Shown here: positions 26,801-41,085 of the stretch, piece after piece
Numbering within the stretch: the first letter of the stretch is position 1
How the letters are laid out: every line of letters begins with the position of its first letter
Assembly: GCA_964016885.1 (NCBI GenBank)
Contig: OZ024745.1
Location: 28,830,001-28,894,000, forward strand
Direction of reading: 5' to 3'
Length of the DNA stretch: 64,000 bases
Origin: Eledone cirrhosa
Taxonomy: Eukaryota
Translations under genes and position numbers: made by a program
Notes under the pieces: generated by a model
Told to the model about the DNA's origin: nothing
Databases searched by the model: none
The model's input: only the letters and a program-made list of their open reading frames with translations

Positions 26801-29800
26801 ATCCGACTACCAAGAGATATTAAGGGCAGTACGCAAGAGATGTGTGCAGTTACCATCCAACTTCTTTGTCAGTGCAGATGTCAGGAACCATGACTCTGAG
26901 CCATAAAGAAGGATTATTCCATATTGGCTTTGAATACCCTGATTTATAATGCCAACCACATCACAGAAACTGCCAGCTGCATATTATCATGACACAAACA
27001 CAATCACATTACAAGATGGAATGGGTGCTTTTCATTGTGGCACTATCCTTTTATAGTGTGGGATGGGAACAATTTATAGTGGCACCAACATTACCACATT
27101 ACATTGTGAGCTGGTAGTATTTTATCATAACACCAACACTACCACTTTACAGGATGGACTGGTGCTTTTTTATCATGTCATCAACATTACCATTTTGCAG
27201 TGTGGGCTAGGAGCAATTTATTGTGGAATCAACATTACCACTTTACATTGACGACTGGGAATATTTTATCATAATACCAACATTACCACCTTATAGGATG
27301 GCATTTTATCATGGCACCAACATTACCACTTTACAAAGTGGGCTGGGAACAATTTATAGGGGAAAGAGAGATAACTTACCAAGAAATATTTACAGACTTG
27401 TTGAACCTCATTACAGCAAGTTTCCTCTTCCATAGCTCCTGGAAACATAACATACTGATTTAGTTGTGTATCACCACTACCTTCACCACCATCACCAACA
27501 CTACCAAACACCACCACCACTGTTAACTAGTACCAATGTATATCTACCTCTTACTCTCCTTTTTAACTTACAGGGTTACTCAGTTTTATATATTAGCAGT
27601 CAGCTAACAAGACCAGTTACAGTCAATCCTATATAGTGATCAGCTAACAAGACCAGTTACAGTCAGTCCTATATCAGTGGTCAGCTAATAAGACCAGTTA
27701 CAGCCAGTCCTATATCAGTGATCAGCTAACAAGACCAGCCACAGTCAATCCTATATAGTGATCAGCTAACAAGACCAGCCACAGTCAATACTATATAGTG
27801 GTCAGCTAACAAGACCAGTTACAGTCAGTCCTATATCAGTGATCAGCTAATAAGACCAGTCACAGCCAGTCCTATATCAGTGGTCAGCTAATAAGACCAG
27901 TCACAGCCAGTCCTATATCAGTGGTCAGCTAATAAGACCAGTCACAGCCAGTCCTATATCAGTGGTCAGCTAATAAGACCAGTCACAGCCAGCCCTATAT
28001 CAGTGGTCAGCTAATAAGACCAGTCACAGCCAGCCCTATATCAGTGGTCAGCTAATAAGACCAGTCACAGCCAGTCCTATATCAGTGATCAGCTAACAAG
28101 ACCAGTCACAGCCAGTCCTATATCAGTGGTCAGCTAATAAGACCAGTCACAGCCAGTCCTATATCAGTGGTCAGCTAATAAGACCAGTCACAGCCAGTCC
28201 TATATCAGTGGTCAGCTAATAAGACCAGTCACAGCCAGCCCTATATCAGTGGTCAGCTAATAAGACCAGTCACAGCCAGTCCTATATCAGTGGTCAGCTA
28301 ATAAGACCAGTCACAGCCAGTCCTATATCAGTGATCAGCTAACAAGACCAGTCACAGCCAGTCCTATATCAGTGGTCAGCTAATAAGACCAGTCACAGCC
28401 AGTCCTATATCAGTGGTCAGCTAATAAGACCAGTCACAGCCAGCCCTATATCAGTGGTCAGCTAATAAGACCAGTCACAGCCAGTCCTATATCAGTGGTC
28501 AGCTAATAAGACCAGTCACAGCCAGTCCTATATCAGTGATCAGCTAACAAGACCAGTCACAGCCAGTCCTATATCAGTGGTCAGCTAACAAGACCAGTCA
28601 CAGCCAGTCCTATATCAGTGGTCAGCTAATAAGACCAGTCACAGCCAGTCCTATATCAGTGGTCAGCTAATAAGACCAGTCACAGCCAGTCCTATATCAG
28701 TGGTCAGCTAATAAGACCAGTCACAGCCAGCCCTATATCAGTGGTCAGCTAACAAGACCAGTCACAGCCAGTCCTATATCAGTGGTCAGCTAACAAGACC
28801 AGTCACAGCCAGTCCTATATCAGTGGTCAGCTAATAAGACCAGTCACAGCCAGTCCTGTACCAAGAATCAATTAAAACCACCTATAGTCAGCCCTACAAG
28901 GGTTGGCTGAAAAGTTCATAGGCTGACTATGAAGGAGTGATGAGAGTATCTTGGTTAGTCTTTAAATGTTTCAGCCTATGAACATTTCAGCTGAGCCTTG
29001 TATATCAGGAGAGAACTAAAAAGACCAGTCACAGCCAGTCCTGTAACAAGACCAGCCATAGTTAGAACCAGTGTTGACCAGTGTATGATGAGGTTAATAA
29101 GACCAATGTTACCTTGATGTTTCGGTGGCAGTGGAGAGGCTGAGTTGAGGAGGAACTCTATAACTTGATAGGCTCCAACATCACTTTTCATGATCAGGTG
29201 GATGACAAGCTGGAGAAAACTGGAAACAACAAATTGTACATGTATAATACACACACACATTCATATATATATATATACCCATACACACACACATATATAT
29301 ATATATATATACATACATACCACACTGTAAATGTGGTTGGTTAGGAAGGGCATCCAGCTATAAAAGTACCGGTCAAATTTACAGTTCTGTCGGTGTCAAG
29401 TACAGCATGGTCAATTCTGACCAGACTTGTCTCTCGACGTGGACCACCTGTCTAACCCATGCAGGCATATGGGCCTTAAATGGTGATGGTCATAAACACA
29501 CATATATACATACACACACGTATGTACATACACACACATATATACATACACACACATATGTACATACACACACATATGTACATACACACACATATATGTA
29601 CATACACACACATATGTACATACACACATACATACATATACATACACACATATGTACATACATACATACATACACACGTGTACATACACACAATGTAAAT
29701 ACACATATATATGTACATACATACATATATACACACATGTACATACATACATATATGTATACACACATATATGTACATACACAATGTAAATACACACATA

Positions 29801-32800
29801 TATGTACATACATACATATATATATACACACATATATGTACATACACACATACATGTACAAACATATATGTACATACACACACAATGTACATACACACAT
29901 ACATGTACATACATATATATATCATCATCATCATTCGTTGACTACTGTCGAGATGATGGATCTCACTCTCATGCCCCAGAATTCCCTGTCCCCCATCGCC
30001 GCCCCCCAGGTCCTGTCTACTGATTCCCGTATCCCTAGAGATAACGTCAGGGAATGACAGCTTCCTACTCCTAGCCAGGCTGGAGTCAGGGTTCCAGAGC
30101 AAAAGAGCGGATATGATTTCATTGCTGGCACGGTGACAGTGGCCAGCAAATTGAGCTCTCTGGGATATACATACATATATATACATACACACAAATATGT
30201 ACATACATATATGTACATACACACATACATGTACATACACACATATATATATATACATACACACATATATATATATACATACACACATATGTACACACAC
30301 ATATATATACATACACACAAATATGTACATACATACATATATGTACATACACACATATATATATACACACACATATATATATACATACACACACACACAT
30401 ACATACACTCATCATTTTGCGTTTGCTTTTCCATGCTTGCAAGTGTTGGGAGGTCCTTTTCAGCACAGCATCTTTCAACTTATGATACTTTGTCAGCTCT
30501 TCCATGAACTTCAGTGATTTGAGATCAGCTCTTACCAATTCCACATGTGTTGTATGCAGCTTTATCACTCACACCACCACCCTCATTAGACCTAATAGCC
30601 ATATTTTTCATGTTAGGGACCCTTTAAGATACACTTCCACAAACCTCGGCTATGGACTCCGGTGCAAGCTATGTGAGGCCCTATACATTGGTCAGACTGG
30701 CCGTCAGATTCGCAGAACATCTGCATGTCATCTGGGTCAGCAACCCGTCCTCGGTGACATTTCCACACTGCTGGTCATTCCACAAGCTGTTCAGATTCAT
30801 CTCCTGCACTGAACCATCAGATACCCAATGCTAGAAGGGACAGAAGCTTATTTCTTTTTCTAAATACATCTACTCCCAATGACCTGAATGCACTGCCTCT
30901 CTTCCTCTAATCTGCTCTTCCCACCGCATCCACGTGCACACTGACATGGATACAACATTACTACACCACATGAAATACTCACATACACTTAGATACATCA
31001 CATATACAAAAAAAAACAAAAAACTTTAACATACTTATTAATAAACAAACATACATATGTATTTCTCACTTAGTGTTATACAGAGTGGTTGCTATGACAA
31101 TTTAACTGCTTTTTTGTTTATTTCAACTTCAGCTAGTCCACCTTGAAGTTGAGTTTCTTTCTTTTTAATGAACAGACACATATTTGTCACTATCATTTCA
31201 GATTCAATTCAGTGAATATATATAATAAAGTTGCCAGAGAAGAGAGAGAGAGTTAAAAATACTTACTTGTCAAATTCAGACTCGTTGGCTGATTTCCATG
31301 GAGTAAACTGTGAGTGTAGGTTGTTGAGGACTGTAGGAGATACTGCAGTAGGATGGAGAGATATGACAGTGAATGACATGGATGATAGAACATCATGTAG
31401 ATACAGACACAAATACATTCAAATATATATATATATTTGTGATAGTAACTACAGACTGCACACACTGGTATAGAATGCAGGTGCAACACTTAGACCTACT
31501 TCACCAGGTGCCAAGTTAATATCCAAATAAGATCTCATTATAAAGTCATGAGAGGAAAGGAACCACAAGCCCCAATAATGTGTTTTTCCATTTTCTCAGT
31601 AAGTTGATGAGATTTCGTTCAGGCAATGACTGTGCCTAATGAAGTAGGTCTAAGTGTTGCACATACCCCTACACACACAGACAGATACATAAGAGGAATG
31701 CAAAAATACATCCTAAATACACTAGTACATACATACATATACACATACATACCTATTTACACACACATATTCACTCATGTACACAGAATGAGAGGTTCCC
31801 ATAAGTGTCCAGTTGGTCACATGACAGCCCAGCTAGTCACATGATGGCCCAGCTAGTCACATGACTAAGCACTTGGTCAGCAAGACAAAAAAGATCACAA
31901 CACTTACATGTTTTGACAAGGTCTGTGGTGAGGATATGAAGCAGCATTGGTGACATGGAAGCTAGGTGTAGGAGGAATGGTAGAGTTGGTCGGGTCAGCA
32001 TGTTAGCACCAGGCTGGAAGCTGTCCTGGAGGAGGTGTATAACAGAAAAAGAAAGAGTAATGGGCACTTAACTCTTGATGGTGAGGTAGGGATGCCATTC
32101 TGAGACAAATGATGATGGCAATAATGATGGTGGTAATGATGGTGGTAATGATGATGATGACAGTGGTAATGATGATGATGACAGAAGTAATGATGATGGT
32201 GGTGGTAATGATGATGGTGGTGGTAGTGATGGTGGTGGTAATGATGATGATGACAGTGGTAATGATGGTGGTGGTAATGATGATGATGACAGTGGTAATG
32301 ATGGTGGTGGTGGTAATGATGATGATGACAGTGGTAATGATGATGATGACAGAAGTAATGATGATGGTGGTGGTAGTGATGGTGGTGGTAATGATGATGA
32401 TGACAGTGGTAATGATGGTGGTGGTAATGATGATGATGACAGTGGTAATGATGGTGGTGGTAGTGATGGTGGTGGTAATGATGATGATGACAGTGGTAAT
32501 GATGGTGGTGGTAATGATGATGATGACAGAGGTAATGATGGTGGTGGTAGTGATGGTGGTAGTAATGATGGTGGTGGTGGTAATGATGATGGTGGTGGTA
32601 GTGATGATGGTGGTGGTGGTAATGATGATGATGATGATATTACACTTCAACTCCCATTCTATAGAATATGTTTGGATAAACAGAAACAAAAACAAAGGAG
32701 GACTCACCTGGAACAAACTCATGAGAGATTTGCGGATACTATGGCAATGTTTTGACGCAAGATGACCGAGAATACAAACAACTGAAGCTAATTTGGGTAT

Positions 32801-35800
32801 CTTCTTGTCTGGCACCATTTGGACACTGGATGGCCTTTTACTACGATGGGCACAGAAATCTTTCAAGCCACACATCAACACCCGACTGATGATAGTCATA
32901 GGGAAACATGACCTAGAAATAAACACCACACAAATAAAGAGATGTAGTTTAGATGGGGCGTGTTTGGTTATGATTGTTTAGGGAAAAGTTAAAAATACAC
33001 AAGTGAAAATTGGTATAGAGTAAAATAAAAAAAAAATAAAATGTGTTGGGTATTGTTTGAGATGGAGGGAAACTGTGAATAAGGAAGACCAAAGAAGACA
33101 AGGGATGAAGTTGTGAAGAATAATATCAGGGAATTTAACCTCATGATGGAGGTGACACGGGACCAAGATGATTGGCAATGTCATAATGCAATAGATTCAT
33201 TCATAAGTACATGTACCGTGGTGAGAGACTAGAGGTTACACTGAGAGAGGGACAAGAGAGAAAGAGAAGAGTGAAAGAAGACAAAGAACGGGATGAAGAG
33301 GTGGGGAGAGCACAGTTGAAGACAATATGAGGGAAAAGCAAGTACGACTTACCCAATGTGGGCCACAAACCAGTCAAAATGTGGAGAATATTGTACAGAG
33401 GCTTCCAGTAGTGCATCAACACAGACATCAGGGGCACTGCTTACCCTGGAATAAAGGATATAGATTACACTTTAAACATCTCAAACTATGTAGCTTTAGT
33501 TGACCCCCAACATTTGAATCTCATAGGAGTTTTCTAGGGTAGGAAGCTAAAAGAGAATTCCATAGGCGAGATATGTGAAGGGAAAAATTATCAGAATAGA
33601 TGTGCTCATTTGAATTAACAAACCCATTTTTAAACAATTTCCGCTAAATCCTTTTAGGATAAGAGTCAAATTTTTTTTTTTTTGATAAACTTTATTTTAG
33701 TAACCGTGTTGTTTATATTAGATTTATATTTTAATCTTCTTTTCAAGAAAATACATTTTTTGACAACATTTGCTTAACATTTTGGTTGTAAAGAATAACA
33801 ACCATTATATAGGAATTAAAGTATTTAAAGTAAGGCAATCAAAGATATGAAGACGGGTAAGGCGGCTGGGCCTTCGGAAATAGTTGCCGAGATGCTGAAG
33901 GCATCTGGTACGGTGGGACACACCATGGTCACCCGGATAGTCAACCAAGTCATACAGAATGGGGCTGTTCCGAAGGACTGGCGTAGCAGCATCATCGTTA
34001 ACTGTTATAAGGGTAAAGGAGATGCCCTAGATAGGAGTAACTATAGAGGCATTAAATTAATCGACCAGGTCATGAAGGTCACGGAAAAAGTAATAGCGCA
34101 ACTAATCAGAGAGCGAATTGATCTAGATGAAATGCAGTTCGGGTTTGTGTCAGGAAAAAGTACCACAGACGCTCTTTTCATTGTACGACAACTACAGGAG
34201 AAGTACCTAGCTAAAAGTAAACCCCTATACTTAGCTTTCGTCGACTTGGAGAAAGCCTTCGACAGAGTCCCCCATTCCATTATCTGGTGGGCTCTTAGAA
34301 AACTAGGTGTTGATGAATGGCTTGTGAGAGCTATACAAGCCATGTATAAAGAAACAGTCAGCAAGGTTAGAATTAACAACGAATATAGTGAAGAGTTTAG
34401 TGTAAAAGTTGGTGTTCATCAGGGTTCTGTTCTTAGCCCCCTACTATTTATTATTGCCCTCCAGGCTATAACAGTGGAGTTCAAGACCGGCTGCCCATGG
34501 GAACTCCTATACGCAGATGATCTAACGCTCATAGCTGAATCAACGGCCGAGCTAGAGAAGAAATTCCAAACATGGAAGCACGGCCTAGAATCAAAAGGCC
34601 TTAAAATTAACCTGGCTAAGACTAAAGTTCTAGTTTGTAAGAAAGAAAATAAGGCGGCGGTCCCCTCCGGGAAGTGGCCATGCTCAGAGTGTAGGAAAGG
34701 CGTAGGTAGAAACTCCATTTTGTGTCCCAAATGCAAAGTTTGGGTGCATAAAAGATGTAGTGGGATCACAGGTAAGCTAACTAAGAACATAGATTTTACA
34801 TGTGGCCGGTGTTCTGGGGCAATAAGTAGCAGCAAGTGCCCCCAAAATACTAGCTCTTTCAACTGCGCAGAGGGTTCTATAGAAATAGTGGACAGCTTCC
34901 GTTACCTGGGTGACAAAATCAGCAGTGGGGGAGGGTGCTCTGAAAGTACAGTAGCTAGAGTCAGAACTGGGTGGAAAAAGTTCAGAGAGCTCATACCACT
35001 ATTAGCCGCTAAAGGGTTCTCCCTAAAAATGAAAGGCAGGTTGTACGATGCCTGCATACAAACAGCAATGTTGCACGGCAGTGAGACCTGGGCATTGTGT
35101 GCAGAGGATATACGCAGACTAGAGAGAAACGAAGCTTGCATGCTCCGCTGGATGTGTAATAGTAATATACGTGAACGGCAAAGCATAAACGAACTAAGGA
35201 AAAAATTAGAAATAAGAGGGATCAGATGTTGTTTACTCGAGAGAAGGCTACGTTGGTATGGTTACGTGATGCGCATGAAGGACGATAGCTGTATAACAAA
35301 GTGCAGGGCAATAAAGATAGACGGTAGCCACGGAATAGGCAGACCCAGAAAAACCTGGGACGAGCTGATAAATTCCGACCTCACCAAGACAATGTCACTG
35401 GACCGAGACCTTTGGCGGTACTCAGTAATAGAGAAGACCCGCCTTACCTAAATACAAAGTAAAACCTACTACAGTCAGTAGGCATTTCTAACAAAATACA
35501 CCCCCGTCCCACCACCCCCACCCCATCCACACCGCCCCTTTCAATGTAAAGTTATGTTGGTGCCACAACATCCAGGCCGAAACAAATGAGATCGTGTAGG
35601 TGTCACGTCAAAAAAACACACAGTTCACGCTGTAATGTGGCCGTGTAGGCAACACAGTAAAAACCTCCCAGCCCCACACTGTAAATGTGGTTGGTGTTAG
35701 GAAGGGCATCCAACTGTAGAAAACCTGCCAGATAGTCCTATGCGAGCAAGATAACCACTCTTGCCTCAAGTGGGAAAACCCTCCGTCCAAACCCATGCAA

Positions 35801-38800
35801 GCGTGGAATACGGACGTTAAACGATGATGATGATGATGATGATGATGATTATATAAAGTGTAGAGATGCTATAAAATAGAGTAAAGACCCTTAAGAGACA
35901 GAAAAAGAAGTTGCCATTGACAACTATTTTTATAGTATCTCCGTACTTGAGCACATCAAAGTAAAATATTCAGCTTCATATATTATTTGTTTATCAGAAT
36001 AGAATTTGTGATTGCATTTACGATATTCAACTGTAAATGGATGAGACCTAGCTGCAATCTGGTACTGTTTAAACTGGGGAAGACAAGGCGACAAAGAGGA
36101 AAGCTCATCAGAACAATTTCCATGAAAATAAGAGTTGCAGACATCCAGAACAAATACCACAAGGTATTTACTGTGATGCTTCACCAGCTCTGGCAAATCC
36201 CAACTTGGTGTTGAGGAGGAGGAGGAGGAGGAAGGAGAGAATGACAAAGGAAACTTACATTGCTGCAAAACATTCTGTGGCCACTTCTGTTAAGGTTTTT
36301 GTAGCTGGACATGTCATCCATAATTGTAAGACCTCATTCAGACTACTGGACCTTGGTAAACTGCGCTGGTCAGCATATTTTGTACTGATGTGACCAAGAA
36401 GTCCCAATGACCACTGAAAAGAAATTAATTGTAAGACATAAGACATGTCCACTCTGTAAAATGGTTGGCAATAGAATGGAGACAATATAGGGTAGAGAAG
36501 ACTCTTCAGTCTTGTTGAGAATATAACAATCTCTTATGTGCTGCTGCCGTGATTAAATGTATCCAGCCCGTTCTGTGAAGTGGTAGTACTGGTGCCCTCA
36601 TAAACTGCACACAGTACACTCTGTAAAGTGGTAGTACTGGTGCCCTCATAAACTGCACACAGTACACTCTGTAAAGTGGTAGTACTGGTGCCCTCATAAA
36701 CTGCACACAGTACACTCTGTAAAGTGGTAGTACTGGTGCCCTCATAAACTGCACACAGTACACTCTGAAAAGTGGTAGTACTGGTGCCCTCATAAACTGC
36801 ACACAGTACACTCTGTAAAGTGGTAGTACTGGTGCCCTCATAAACTGCACACAGTACACTCTGTAAAGTGGTAGTACTGGTGCCCTCATAAACTGCACAC
36901 AGTACACTCTGAAAATGGTAGTGTTGGTGCCATGATAAAATGCACCCAGTACACTGTGAAAAGTGGTGGTGCTGGAGCCATGATGAAATACACCCAGTAC
37001 ACCCTGCTGGTGTTGCCATAACATGCACTCAGTACACTCTGTAAAGTGGTAGTGTTATGCAATGATAAAATTAGAGCAAACACAAAAGTACAAAAACAAA
37101 ACCTATAGATGCACTGTGTGGCACCTCAAGCAAATATCTTCCACTACAGCCTAGAGTCGACTCTGGTGAGTGAAATTTGGTAGACAGAAACCGAGAAAGC
37201 TAGTCATTGTGTGTGTTTGAATGCCAGTGAATGTGTGTGATTGTGTATGACTGCGTGTGTGAGTGTGAGTGACTGTGTGTGTGTGTCAATGCAAGACCAC
37301 CATCTTAGCCACTCTTTGCCTCTTGAGCCAGTCCACAATTTCACCTGATTTACATTTCAGTATGCCCACATTGAGAGTAGCAGCTCTGAGATGAGTTACC
37401 TGGTAATGGCAATTTGGTTCATTTGTAGTTCTTTGTACCTGGAAGGGAATAAGGGTGTGTGATTGCTAGACGACTGTCTAGGGGTTCTTACATATGGTTA
37501 AGTTAGCCATCCAATTACCATGCACAGCACTAACACGACTACTGTTAGTCCTGTATATGCAATTAGTAAGAGATTTATGTGCTGTATTTTGTATAGTTTT
37601 GGCAAGGTTTTACTGGCTGGATACCCTTCATATTACCAAGCACTTTACAGCATGGACTGGGTGCGTTCTTCATGCCACCAGCACTAGAGTTGTTGTCTTA
37701 CTGGGCTAAAGGGTCCTCTCTAGCCTGTATCAGTTTTTATTCAGAGTGACTGCTCTCCTATACATGTTGCGTTCTCCATGGCGTACGAAGACATCTGCCT
37801 TGTGAGATCGTATTTATTTGGAACCACTACGCTCCTAGTCGGGCTGCCTTCTGCATGGCTAGCAGAGCCTATGTCTGTTCCGTGCCAATTTATTTCAATG
37901 TGTTTTGAGTTGATGACTTCACCTGACTTATGGAACACATCTGTGCTGTGCAGTTTTGTTTTATTTGTAAGTGAAGAGGAACAGATAAGATCAAGTGAGG
38001 ACAGGTGAGAATATTACTTACTGCTGATATGATGGGTGCCCATGCCACTGGGTTACTCTTGATAAAGTTTAAAAGGACACTGCAGGCATCTTGTATGATG
38101 GGTTCCAAACAACGAGAACTGTCATCTGTAACAGAGGTAACACGTGGGGAATTAGTGACAACAACAACAACGACAACAATAACAACAACAGTAATAACAA
38201 TTGGGTAACTAATGAATCTGCTACTCTCGTCAAAGAAATCTTTACCCGTAACTACTGGTGGAGTCGCAGTAGCGCTGTAGTGACATATATTTCTGAAGCT
38301 TTTTGTAAACCTGGGGGAGCCCATTCCCTCTCCAGGTCTGAACACAGCAGATTTCCTCCAGAGTGAGAGAAAAGAGATATAGAGGAAGAATTGACCCTAG
38401 TAATGAACTGGTACTATTTTCTTGACCTCGACCTCATAACGGTGAAAGACAAAGCCATCGATAGTAATACTAACCTATAAGTTGTTCTGGAGCAATACCA
38501 GATGCAGAACGTTCTAGTTGTTGAATGTGTAACATAACAGCCTCATCAAAGACATGACACATATGTTCTAAAACAGCATGTCTAGCGGCAGGTAGCGTCC
38601 GAAGTAAGAACAGGGCAGATTTAGCCAGACTCTCTTTGTTAACCTTACCATCATAGACGGTGCCACGTAGGAAGTATCGAACCTCGTTTAGAATGTCCTG
38701 CAAGGAAAAAGAGTAGAATAATGAGTAAGTGATGTGTGGGGGGCAGCAAATGTGTGTGTCTGTATTGGAGTATCTATGTGTTGGTATTTGTGGGTTCCAG

Positions 38801-41052
38801 TGTGTGTGTTGGCATGTATATACATGTCAGGGTGTGTGTATGTGTATATGTATTTGTGTGTGTTAGTATGTATGTGTGTTTTGTCAGTATATGTGTATGT
38901 CAAATATCTGGTCAGTGTGTGTATGAGTCACTACACAAGCCACAATTTGTGTAAACAGTAAAATTTGCTGGGAAAGCAGACAATAAATGATGATGATTCT
39001 ATATACATAAACAATATACATAGCAATCCCATGTGGTCTAGTGGTTAGGATTCCTGGTTATATTAGTCCCACCCTTGCAAGCAGAGAAAAGCGGACATAA
39101 AATGATGATGATGATGATGATGATGAAACACACACACACACATAAAACATATATATATATGTAATGTCAAGAGTTTCCATAGATTAGATAAAGGAAAAAG
39201 AGTGTTCTATATTGCAGAGCTAAAGTATATTATTATAAATAAATTCTCAACAGACCTGCATGCTACCTAAGGTTTCAAAGCCTACTCTAGCATAGGTCTT
39301 AGAGATTGTATATGTTAGTATTGTTTATCTTCTAGGTAATACCAAGATGGCTGACGTTATTTACATGAGATCTCATCAAGTGCAAGGGAGGTAATAATTA
39401 TTTTATGTTTGTTAATTAGGAGGACCAACGTCTGTGATTGTAAATTTATATTTTTTTAATGCAAATATAATTGTTAAAGTATCTGTATTGAGTGTAAGTA
39501 TCTGCATTTTCCTATGTATAAATATATAGATTATTGTTGCAAATGTATGCTATTATTAAGGCTCATTATTATGGCGGTGGATTGGCAGTATCGGTAGAGG
39601 GTTGGACGTCATGCTATCCAGCATAGTTACGTCCCTTTACGATCTGAGTTCAAATCCCGCCGAGGTTGACTTTGCCTTTCATCCTTACTAGGTCGATAAA
39701 ATAAAGTGCCAGTAATGCACTGGGTAATTGCTGGCCTTGTGCCTAAAGTAGAAATAATTATTAAGGCTCAGGGTATTATCAAATATTTATAAGCTGTGGG
39801 TTTGTGTGTATGTGTATGTGTATATTATTAATATAGGTGGAGTGTGATTTTTTTTTAAAGGTATATGTTATTTATGTGTATATTATTTATATAGTTTATT
39901 GTATTTAACTGTGTTTAAGTGCAGTGTGATGTATGTGTAGGTCTGTTACCAATTTAGTGGATTAAGGCAGGTGTAAGATAATGGTTTCTTATATAGGCAC
40001 AAGGCCAGTAATTTGGGGGGAGGGGAAAGTCGATTCAATCCACCCCAGTGCGTGACTGGTACTTTATTTTATCGACCCCATAAGGATGAAAGGCAAAGTT
40101 AACCTCGGCGGGATTTGAACTCAGATCATAAAGAGCCGTAACTCTATGCTGCAAAGCATGGCATCCGACCCTCTACCGATACTGCCCTCAAGGCTGGTGT
40201 AAGATAATAGTGGTATTTTTTTAGATGTTATTCGTCTGTCTGACTGTATAATCCTTTTCATGTTGTTGGTTGGTGAAAAATAGTTCATTTCCATCACAGA
40301 ATTGTAGGAGCCTTGCTCTCACTTCATTTCTTCAGCCATAACCATGTACTCCAGTGTAGCCATCCTGGTGCTGCCTTACATGCCCAGTGAAACAGGCAAC
40401 TAGGATGATAAGGTCTCTGTCAGCTATAACTGAGGTTGTCTGTAGGATTTCCTTATAGAAACAGTCCTTTTGTTCTTTACTCAGTCCTGCTTGTTGTCAT
40501 TCTACTGACTATGACTATCTGATCTTGATAATTCTGTCATTTACTTATCTATCCTTTTCCTGGCTAATAGAATGCCTATTCCACCTACCTACCCTCATTT
40601 CTTACCCAGAAAAACTTGTATCTACATTGTTTGCCTGCGAGTAGTTTTGGTGAGGCATCCTTCTATCTCACTTCTTAAACACAGCATGCATTCACTTGTT
40701 TCCTCTTAAGCAACTCCACAATTTCTTCAGATCTACCTTTCAGCATGCCCATATTGAGCCCTTAGATGTGTTACCTGACAGTGGTGATTAGGTCCTTTAG
40801 TAATGGATGTGTAATTGCTTCATGACAGTCGAGTAGTTTTTGCACATGGCTAGGTTAGCTATCCTACTACCATGTGCAGTAATAAAATGACTAGTGTTAG
40901 TCATCTAGACACAACTTGCGTGAATCTTATAATTTGTTGCCTCTACTATGGCTTAAAGAACCCACATCAACCCCATGCAGTCTTATTTATTAGGAGTGGC
41001 TGCCCTCCTAGATGGTCTGCCTCCTTCTCATCTTATGGAGTTCCCTGCAGAG

Positions 41053-41085
<33 letters not shown>

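Noticed and set aside
27596-28860. CRISPR-like regular array
   Set aside because: Head-to-tail repeats without unique spacers, eukaryotic intron, no cas genes.
29407-30568. Many long ORFs rich in H/T/Y/I or V/C/M
   Set aside because: Translation artefacts of (TACA)/(CA)/(TA) microsatellites.
32109-32765. 218-aa Met/Val ORF and poly-Ile/Thr extension of the minus ORF
   Set aside because: Trinucleotide array inside INTS5 intron 6; a strong gtgagt donor precedes it.
38126-38337. Longer INTS5 exon 3 using the acceptor at 38338-38339
   Set aside because: In the phase required by exon 2 it hits a TAG; the acceptor at 38126-38127 gives the correct frame.
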